Below are positions 1-6,888 of a stretch of DNA of 64,000 bases, piece by piece. Within the stretch, counting starts at the first letter, position 1, and each line of letters begins with the position of its first letter. The stretch comes from Candidatus Parcubacteria bacterium (GTDB lineage Bacteria > Patescibacteriota > Minisyncoccia > Phycocordibacterales > JAACPR01): contig JBEBBG010000007.1 of the NCBI GenBank assembly GCA_041158505.1, forward strand, positions 27,879 through 91,878. Direction: 5' to 3'. Under the pieces are notes generated by a model, which was given only the letters and a program-made list of their open reading frames with translations, was not told the origin of the DNA and ran no database searches. Position numbers and translations under genes: made by a program.

Positions 1-2
1 TT

Positions 3-509
3 AGCTACCTTCGCGAACCAGTTGAGCACGTTCTCGTTGTTACCATTGATGCGCTCTTTTCGCTTCCTGATTATGCAATTCGGGAACGCATACTACGAAT
101 TCTGCTTCGATTACGAAGCCGAGCAAGTAAACGCTTTTTTGTTGCAACACGCAGAGCCGATGACAAGCTCTTTGAGTATGCACGTCAAGGAAACCTTGCA
201 GATTTCTATCGAGAAGAATTTAAAGACCGTAAACAATTTCTCTACCCGCCATTTGCAAAACTCATCAAACTTTCTGTCGCGGGGACCCCTAAAGCAACCG
301 AGGATGCGATGCTTGCTGCAAAGGAGCTTCTAAAGCCACACGCGCTACTCGTCTACCCCGCGTTTACTGAACGACAACGCGGCGTCGCTGTCTGGCACGG
401 TTTGCTGAAGCTAAAGCCAGACGAGTGGCCAAATGATGAGCTCCACCGAAAGCTAACATCACTACCGCCACAATTTAAAGTACTCATTGACGCACCAAGC
501 CTCCTCTAG
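3..509 (+). CDS. priA: primosomal protein N' (PriA), C-terminal part, truncated by window start
   Basis: Frame 3 is open from base 3: ...LFSLPDYAIRER...FYREEFKDRKQFLYPPF..., PriA C-terminal motifs; lies upstream of def-fmt. Confidence 0.8.
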   Translation, partial: SYLREPVEHVLVVTIDALFSLPDYAIRERILRILLRLRSRASKRFFVATRRADDKLFEYARQGNLADFYREEFKDRKQFLYPPFAKLIKLSVAGTPKATEDAMLAAKELLKPHALLVYPAFTERQRGVAVWHGLLKLKPDEWPNDELHRKLTSLPPQFKVLIDAPSLL

Positions 510-547
510 CTGCAACTTATATAAAAATCGTCTATACTGGGGCCACC

Positions 548-1069
548 ATGGCACCCCAGCCTATTATTCAAAACGGGCATAAAACGCTGCGCCAGATTGC
601 AGCCCCTGTTTCTGCTGCAGAATTTGGAACACCGAAGCTTGCAAGCATCATTGCCGACATGTTTGAAGCACTCAAGACGCAGCACGATGGTGTTGCCCTT
701 GCGGCACCGCAAATCGCTGTCAGCAAGCGCATCTTTGTGGTGAGCCCTCTCGTGCTGACAGATAAGCGCCGTGCGCAAGACACGCCGCTCATTTACATCA
801 ATCCAGTCATCACCAAACGATCACTCGATAAAAAGAAAATGGATGAAGGATGCCTTTCAGTGCGCCCGCTCTACGGCAAAGTGCGTCGGTCGACACGGGC
901 AACCGTCACTGCGTTTGATGAACATGGTAACGAATTCAGCATCACGGGTACCGGCCTGCTTGCACAAATCTTTCAGCACGAAATCGATCACCTCGACGGC
1001 ATTCTCTTTATTGATCATGCTACTGACATTGTTGCGCTTGGTGAATCTGAAGAGCCGCTCGTCAAATAA
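548..1069 (+). CDS. def: peptide deformylase
   Basis: GVALAAPQI, EGCLS and QHEIDHLDG motifs. Confidence 0.97.
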   Translation: MAPQPIIQNGHKTLRQIAAPVSAAEFGTPKLASIIADMFEALKTQHDGVALAAPQIAVSKRIFVVSPLVLTDKRRAQDTPLIYINPVITKRSLDKKKMDEGCLSVRPLYGKVRRSTRATVTAFDEHGNEFSITGTGLLAQIFQHEIDHLDGILFIDHATDIVALGESEEPLVK

Positions 1070-1070
1070 T

Positions 1071-1913
1071 ATGATCACCTTTGCTTTTTTTGGAACAGAT
1101 ACGTTTAGCATTACCGTACTTGAGGAATTACGTGCTGCACAGCTGCTACCCAAGGTTATTGTGACAGCGCCGCCGCGGCCGCAAGGCCGCGGCTTGGAGC
1201 TAACCCCATCCCCCGTTGCGGTATGGGCTCAAGCGCACAGTATTGAAACCCTCACCCCCGAAGTACTTGATGCTGCATTTATTCAAACAATGGGTGCGAA
1301 GTTTGATCTCTTCGTGCTGGCATCGTATGGGCTTATCATTCCACAGCACGTACTCGACATCCCCCGACACGGCACGCTTAACGTGCACCCGTCACTACTT
1401 CCAAAATATCGCGGCGCATCCCCGATTGAATCAGCAATGCTCAATGACGATAAAGAAACAGGTGTCACGGTAATGCTCATGGACAACAAAATGGATCACG
1501 GTCCAATCGTTGCGCAAGAAGTAGTACGCTTTGATACCTGGCCACAAAAACCAGTCGCCGAAGAAACGCTCGCAAAAGCCGGCGGTCGCCTGCTTGCCGC
1601 AACAATTCCAGAGTGGATTGCTGGCAACATTACTGCACGGCCTCAAGCGCACCGTGATGCAACCTTCACCCGCAAGCTCGTTAAAGCAGACGGTGAACTC
1701 AACCTCGCCGATGACCCGTACAAAAACTTTCTTAAAATCCAAGCATTCACGCCATGGCCTGGCACCTTCTTCTTTACCGACGTGCACGGCAAAACGATGC
1801 GCGTAAAAATCACTAGTGCCACATACGAAAACGGACAATTAAAAATCCTCCGGGTGGTACCCGAAGGACGAAAAGAAGTTGACTACGACGTATTTCTTGG
1901 ATCAAACGCGTAG
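1071..1913 (+). CDS. fmt: methionyl-tRNA formyltransferase
   Basis: NVHPSLLPKYRGASP and MDHGP motifs; ATG at 1071 directly after the def stop. Confidence 0.95.
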   Translation: MITFAFFGTDTFSITVLEELRAAQLLPKVIVTAPPRPQGRGLELTPSPVAVWAQAHSIETLTPEVLDAAFIQTMGAKFDLFVLASYGLIIPQHVLDIPRHGTLNVHPSLLPKYRGASPIESAMLNDDKETGVTVMLMDNKMDHGPIVAQEVVRFDTWPQKPVAEETLAKAGGRLLAATIPEWIAGNITARPQAHRDATFTRKLVKADGELNLADDPYKNFLKIQAFTPWPGTFFFTDVHGKTMRVKITSATYENGQLKILRVVPEGRKEVDYDVFLGSNA

Positions 1914-1930
1914 CGTATACCTTTTACTTT

Positions 1931-2581
1931 TTACTGTGTGACGACGACTGACTGGAGCACGATTGGCTCAACAGGTACATCGCGTTGGTTTCGCTCGGCT
2001 TGTGAAATCGCCATCACCACATCCATTCCCTCAATCACACGTCCAAAGACTGCATGCTTTCCATCGAGGAAGGTGTTGTCTGCAACGTTAATGAAGAATT
2101 GGCTGCCGTTGGTGTTTGGTCCAGCATTTGCCATTGAAATCGTACCGGTCACATTTGAAAGGCCTGGCACAATTTCATCTGCAAACTTGTATCCTGGACC
2201 ACCCGTTCCCCACATTGCCTGCTTACTATCATCCTTCGTGAGCGGATCACCACCCTGGATCATAAATCCATCAATCACGCGGTGAAACTTTGTGTTGTCA
2301 TAGAACCCTTCTCCTGCGAGCTTCGCAAAGTTACTTGCTGTTTGTGGCGTTCTATCGCTATAAAGTTCAAGAACAATCGTTCCTTTATTTGTTGTAATCG
2401 TTGCTTGCATTGTTTTTTGTTCGGTTACTGCTAGTGGTTGCGTACTCGTTGCTGTGGTTGTAGCAACGTCTGCTGGCATCGTGGTTTCTTGTGGCGCATC
2501 TGCGGCTGGCTTGTAGAGGACCAGGACACCAATGAGCACAGCGACAAGGATGATTGCCGCAATTGCGACTGCTTGTTTCAT
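1931..2581 (-). CDS. cyclophilin-type peptidyl-prolyl isomerase with N-terminal membrane anchor
   Basis: FHRVIDGFMIQGGDP, SMANAGPNTNGSQFFIN. Confidence 0.95.
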   Translation of the reverse strand: MKQAVAIAAIILVAVLIGVLVLYKPAADAPQETTMPADVATTTATSTQPLAVTEQKTMQATITTNKGTIVLELYSDRTPQTASNFAKLAGEGFYDNTKFHRVIDGFMIQGGDPLTKDDSKQAMWGTGGPGYKFADEIVPGLSNVTGTISMANAGPNTNGSQFFINVADNTFLDGKHAVFGRVIEGMDVVMAISQAERNQRDVPVEPIVLQSVVVTQ

Positions 2582-2598
2582 AACGGTGTGGGATGTAG

Positions 2599-2967
2599 TT
2601 ACTTTCCGGTAAAGAAGCGCTTGATGGCTCGACCGCCTCGTTTGTAGAGCGCATCTTTCTTACTCTGACTGCGGCGAATCACCTTGCTAATTTCGTCTTT
2701 GACTGCATCGATTGCTGCGGTTACGCTTCCAGCTTTTGCAGATGCGCGGTACACACGACCGTCCATCGTTGCATTTACTTCGGCGCGATACACGTCACCT
2801 TTACTGTGGTGTCGTGAATCAAGGGCAACTTCAACTTCTGCAAGAATTTCCTGATCACCTTGCGGCGCCAAAAACTTCTCAATCACCTGTAACTTCTCGT
2901 GGACCTGACGGCTAATATCTGGCGTCAAATCCACCTGTTTTGTTTTGATGTGAAAATTTACAGTCAT
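2599..2967 (-). CDS. hpf: ribosome hibernation factor HPF/RaiA
   Basis: Size and pattern (IKTKQVDLT...AAIDAVKDEI) match the RaiA/HPF family. Confidence 0.8.
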   Translation of the reverse strand: MTVNFHIKTKQVDLTPDISRQVHEKLQVIEKFLAPQGDQEILAEVEVALDSRHHSKGDVYRAEVNATMDGRVYRASAKAGSVTAAIDAVKDEISKVIRRSQSKKDALYKRGGRAIKRFFTGK

Positions 2968-2987
2968 ACACTCATAGTATACTCTGC

Positions 2988-3218
2988 TTACCCCTCATCT
3001 GGAAGCTCGACTGAAAGCAGCTTTGATGGCGAATGATGCCCCGAGACAATGCGGATCTGGCCCGCCTCAGGAAAGTGCTCGCGAATGATTTCAAGAACCC
3101 GCGCATTTGCCATATTTCGCTCAGCGGGCTCCTTAATTCGAACAGAAACATGTGTGGCATCGAGCGCCTCGACCACCTCTTCTTTGGCATGAGCAACGAC
3201 CTTTACGTGAATATACAT
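2988..3218 (-). CDS. DUF167 (YggU-like) protein
   Basis: MYIHVKV...KEPAERNMAN...IVSGHHSPSK; ATG at 3218. Confidence 0.8.
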   Translation of the reverse strand: MYIHVKVVAHAKEEVVEALDATHVSVRIKEPAERNMANARVLEIIREHFPEAGQIRIVSGHHSPSKLLSVELPDEG

Positions 3219-3361
3219 ACGCGTACTATACCCCGTTTGGCGGACAGGTCTAGACAGCTCCCCAATCGGTTGGTACGATAACGGGCACACCAGCTTTGTG
3301 GCGGCCACGCACACGTGCACGCCAAACCAAAGCTGGTGCAGGTTCTCCAAAAACCACATAT

Positions 3362-3692
3362 TCCCCTGTAGCTCAGCGGTAGAGCAATCGACTGTGTCAC
3401 AAGTGTTTAAACACAAAGACCATACGCAGCTTCCAGTACGAAAGTCTGGTCGAAAAACGAGGTGAATTGCTGGAAGCCCATACATGAAAGTGTACGGGTA
3501 ATCAGCAGCCAAGCCGTACATTTACGGAAGGTTCAGAGACTATCTCGAAAGAGAGTAGTTCGCATCACGCGCACGAAGCGCCTCGCACCTACGTTCAAGT
3601 AATTGAATAAGGTGATGATATAGTCCATCCCTAGAAGTAATTTTAGGATTAATGTAATCGATTGGCCGCAGGTTCGAATCCTGCCGGGGGAG
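3362..3692 (+). tRNA. tRNA-Asn(GUU) split by an intron; exon 1 3362-3395, exon 2 3655-3692
   Basis: Acceptor TCCCCTG/CGGGGGA, D arm GCTC/GAGC, anticodon stem ATCGA/TCGAT, spliced loop CTGT^TAA, T arm GCAGG-TTCGAAT-CCTGC. Confidence 0.93.
3396..3654 (+). ncRNA. group I self-splicing intron (259 nt) inside the tRNA-Asn anticodon
   Basis: U before the 5' splice site, terminal G; P AATTGCTGGAA 3465, Q AATCAGCAG 3500, R GTTCAGAGACTA 3531, S GATATAGTCC 3617. Confidence 0.9.
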
Positions 3693-5222
3693 CATAGAAG
3701 TGATTTTAGACCCAGAAGAAGCTTTTACCGCATTGGTAAAGGCTTTTTTTGGTTCGAAAGTATTTTCATCCAAAATGAGTTTTTCATAGAGCTTTCGAAC
3801 TGGTGTTTTTAGCTCGTATTCCACCTTTCCGTCTTTGAGACTGATGTGTTTGAAGAGATGCTTCAAAAGCATACGCTTTTCAGCAGGCGTTCTCTTTGAG
3901 TAAATTTCTTTTGCCCTTGAAGCCAATTCAAGGATATTGAGACCTATCTCAAAGTATTCAGCTTCCTGCGTCTTGAGGCGTTCTAGCTGGGTTGTAAGAG
4001 CCTTTTGCTCATCAATAAGCACTTTGTGTTTACCAGTCCAAAACTCATCTGAAATAACCCCTGAAAGCTTGTCATCATAAAGCCTGTCAATTTTTACCTG
4101 AACCGCTTTGTATTGGGAATTGAGGCTATTTAGGACTGACTCTTTGTAGGCAACTTCTTCTGAGTGATTTGCCTTTATCTTTTCCCTGATTTGTTCAACA
4201 TCAGTCTTGGTAAGCTTGGCAAAAACATCCATCACGTTTACCAAACCTGACTCGATTACTTCTTCACGAGTGTATTTCTTTTGCTTACAGTCTTTGTAGT
4301 GATTACAGTGACAGTAAACGTGACCTTTTTGTATTTCCGAAGTGATACCTCCTCCACACTCACCACAAGTAATCATCTTGGAGAACAGGAACTCCTTTCG
4401 AAGATAGAATGGTGCTTTCTTTCTAATCCTGATTTCTTGGATTTGGTCATAGGTCTCTTTTGTGATGAGTGGTTCGTGGTCACCTTTCATCAGTTTTCCT
4501 TTCCAAGTAAACGCACCGTAATTGAAAGTATCTCCAAGCAATCTCTCAATCTGACTCTTGTAGAGTTTCTTTCCGTATCGAGTCCTCACGCCACTATCAG
4601 TAGCCATTTTGAGCAGAGCTTTCATTGAGTACTGACCTGTGGCATATGACTCAAGCAATTTCTTTACTGCAAGATTGGTTTCTGGGTCTTTGATGAAATG
4701 CTTTCTACCTTTTTCACCAACACTTTGGTATCCATACTTGAAAGAGCCAGGGTACATCCCTTGAGAAGCTTTCTCGTTCAATCCTTTGTGCACTTCTTCG
4801 GATAGATTATTTGTGTAGAAGCGAGCAATAGCTACTTTCATATCCCAAACAAGATTCTCGTGAGCACGAGTATTCTTATTCACAATAAAATTCTCTTTGA
4901 CGAAGTGAATGGTTCTGTCAGAGCTTTCCTGAACCCAATCGTTTACGGTAGCCGCATCTTTGAGATTTCGAGTAAGACGGTCAATCTTTTCACACAGGAT
5001 ATTTTCAATATCGTGCTTAGATGCATACTCAAGCATTTCATTGAAGATTGTTCTTATTTGCTTACCACTTGCTGACTCACTAATGCGAAAGATTTTAGCG
5101 ACTTTGAAACCTTTCTTTTCTGCATAATCCTCAAGCAGTTTCTGTTGAGCATCGAGAGAATAACCTGTATCTTCTTGTTCTCTTGATGACACTCGACAAT
5201 AAATAACGCAATTTGACTTCAT
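3540..5222 (-). CDS. large serine recombinase (resolvase, recombinase, zinc-ribbon and coiled-coil domains)
   Basis: YCRVSSREQ catalytic motif, EKIDRLTRN, CGECG...YCHC...C zinc ribbon; C-terminus reads antisense through the tRNA. Confidence 0.95.
   Translation of the reverse strand: MKSNCVIYCRVSSREQEDTGYSLDAQQKLLEDYAEKKGFKVAKIFRISESASGKQIRTIFNEMLEYASKHDIENILCEKIDRLTRNLKDAATVNDWVQESSDRTIHFVKENFIVNKNTRAHENLVWDMKVAIARFYTNNLSEEVHKGLNEKASQGMYPGSFKYGYQSVGEKGRKHFIKDPETNLAVKKLLESYATGQYSMKALLKMATDSGVRTRYGKKLYKSQIERLLGDTFNYGAFTWKGKLMKGDHEPLITKETYDQIQEIRIRKKAPFYLRKEFLFSKMITCGECGGGITSEIQKGHVYCHCNHYKDCKQKKYTREEVIESGLVNVMDVFAKLTKTDVEQIREKIKANHSEEVAYKESVLNSLNSQYKAVQVKIDRLYDDKLSGVISDEFWTGKHKVLIDEQKALTTQLERLKTQEAEYFEIGLNILELASRAKEIYSKRTPAEKRMLLKHLFKHISLKDGKVEYELKTPVRKLYEKLILDENTFEPKKAFTNAVKASSGSKITSMLPRQDSNLRPIDYINPKITSRDGLYHHLIQLLERRCEALRARDANYSLSR
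3669..3715. other. putative attL: tRNA-derived B arm, central GG at 3689-3690, P' arm
   Basis: GGTTCGA-N11-GG-N16-TAGACCCAG; the right motif is a 7/9 inverted match to the repeat's CTGGTTCGA. Confidence 0.7.
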
Positions 5223-5525
5223 AAATATATTTTAGCTTAGTTTTTGATAATACTCACCCCTTTTCCTAATGATTTCATAGGAAATAAGAGAGATGTTTAT
5301 GTAGCCAGAATTGTGATAGTGACCTCCAAAGTTCCTCCAGATAAGCTAGTCTTTTTGACTTGGCGTTTCGCTTCTCCTTATTTTCTTTGAGGTTGTATCG
5401 GAGCATATCCGATGCAGGTCAGACGGCTGGGTGGCAAGGGGGCAACCATTTTCCCAGCTTTCGCACCTGAACCTGATATGCAACTTATTGTTTGGTTTTG
5501 AGATTGAGCCGTAGTCTCAAAACTT

Positions 5526-5771
5526 TTAGCAGACTTGTTTAGCCTCTTTGTCGTGAAAAGAGGGTTCTTCTGACATTGTGATTAGCTTGCTCTCGCAAGA
5601 CTCTGGAAAAGGCTCTCCGTCAGCCAGAGAAGAGCCTTTTTCAATTTCCTGCGAATTAGAAAGTCTATGCTTTTTAGCATCTTCAAAATCAAATTGAGCC
5701 AACAGGTCAAAGAAACCCGCTAGCTCGGTGATAGAATCGTTGTTTGATTTTGATTGGCTGACTATTTCCAT
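5526..5771 (-). CDS. small hypothetical protein upstream of the recombinase
   Basis: 81-aa ORF co-oriented with the recombinase; no recognisable motif. Confidence 0.45.
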   Translation of the reverse strand: MEIVSQSKSNNDSITELAGFFDLLAQFDFEDAKKHRLSNSQEIEKGSSLADGEPFPESCESKLITMSEEPSFHDKEAKQVC

Positions 5772-6175
5772 ATCGCTACCAACTGGAGCGAGAAATATGT
5801 CTGCCTAATACAAAACGCGAACCATTAGGACAAGACGCATTTCTGCATCTAAGAGTCCATCGGTTCGCGTTCCCAATCTTTCAAGTTTCAGTCTGGCAAT
5901 TGAGTTCCTCCGACATCAAAAGTGTTAGACTTGAAACCACTGAACTGGGTGTGGCTTAGCAATAGTATGTATTCAGTTGTAACTAAATTTTAGCACAGGA
6001 TTATGTGAGCTCAAGTGGAAAATACAGAGCAACACAAAAGGATTTATATGACTAGAAAAGGGTTCAATAGACCCATATAGTAAAAAGGTATTTTCTGTTA
6101 TAATTTGCAGGACAACTGAATATGTCGACCTAACCCTTAGGGATTTTCTCTAAGGTATGGTCAAAAACGCGACGA

Positions 6176-6268
6176 ACATAAAAACCCCATCATTAGGGCG
6201 TTCGTCGCGTTGTATCTGGAAACGGATATAGAGACCTTCGGGTCTTCCTAGTGGTGGGATTTTTGTGT
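6176..6268 (+). ncRNA. C4/CI-like structured antisense RNA candidate
   Basis: Outer stem 6176-6197/6247-6268 encloses single-stranded CGTTCGTCGCGTT, a GAAA hairpin (6212-6229) and a UUCG hairpin (6232-6245). Confidence 0.55.
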
Positions 6269-6309
6269 CTCAGCCCTAGGTATTATCAATAAAATCGCGA
6301 CGAACGATT

Positions 6310-6495
6310 ATGACTACAATAAATTTAGGTCTGTTTATTTGGGGCTTATTACTTACGCTCCAAGTAATGCAAAATATGAAGCGGATAGATAAGCTTAGTT
6401 GGGACTTGGCTCATAAAATGGACAAGCCAGAAGAAGAAACTCCAACTGAAAAGTTTATGCGTGAGAGAAAGGAGAAGACAGAAACTAAAGGGTAG
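6310..6495 (+). CDS. small membrane peptide (61 aa)
   Basis: Hydrophobic N-terminus INLGLFIWGLLLTLQVM and charged tail; follows the structured leader. Confidence 0.55.
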   Translation: MTTINLGLFIWGLLLTLQVMQNMKRIDKLSWDLAHKMDKPEEETPTEKFMRERKEKTETKG

Positions 6496-6886
6496 CTTTG
6501 GCAATTTTTTGAGCAAACATTTCATCAAACATCTTCTTACTCCTATCCATAGACTCACGGAGTTCCTCACTAATTTCCTGACTCTCAACTCTCTGGGAGA
6601 ACTCATTTTTATATTTACGCTCAAGCCACCACGCTGAGGCTTGCCAGCTTTTCTCAGAAGCCTTTTCGATGTTCTTGATGTGTCTTCTTTTACACTCAAT
6701 CTCTTTTTGTCTTATTTGTTCTGAAAAGTCTGAATTCTGACGCTTCCACAACGACAAAGTATCCTCGCTAATTCCAGCAAGGATTGAGGCATCACGTTGA
6801 GTGAGACCATCAGCAATAGCATCAAGAATTATCTTGATAGTAGTGGGTGTTGCCTTATATGATTTTGGAATAAGAGGCTTTGCCAT
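6485..6886 (-). CDS. HTH protein resembling a phage terminase small subunit
   Basis: HTH (GLTQRDASILAGISEDTLSLWK) and WQASAWWLERK motif typical of TerS-like proteins. Confidence 0.6.
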   Translation of the reverse strand: MAKPLIPKSYKATPTTIKIILDAIADGLTQRDASILAGISEDTLSLWKRQNSDFSEQIRQKEIECKRRHIKNIEKASEKSWQASAWWLERKYKNEFSQRVESQEISEELRESMDRSKKMFDEMFAQKIAKATL

Positions 6887-6888
6887 AT

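Noticed and set aside
3226-3345. Separate ncRNA between the DUF167 gene and tRNA-Asn
   Set aside because: Explained by divergent promoter-like sites sharing TCTAGA plus one leader hairpin; no family recognised.
3219-3521. N-terminal extension of ORF 2988..3521
   Set aside because: It runs antisense over the tRNA and intron; the DUF167 domain starts at 3218.
5400-5407. GGAGCATA identical to the attL core
   Set aside because: It lacks the GGTTCGA arm at 11 or 16 nt, so it is likely chance.
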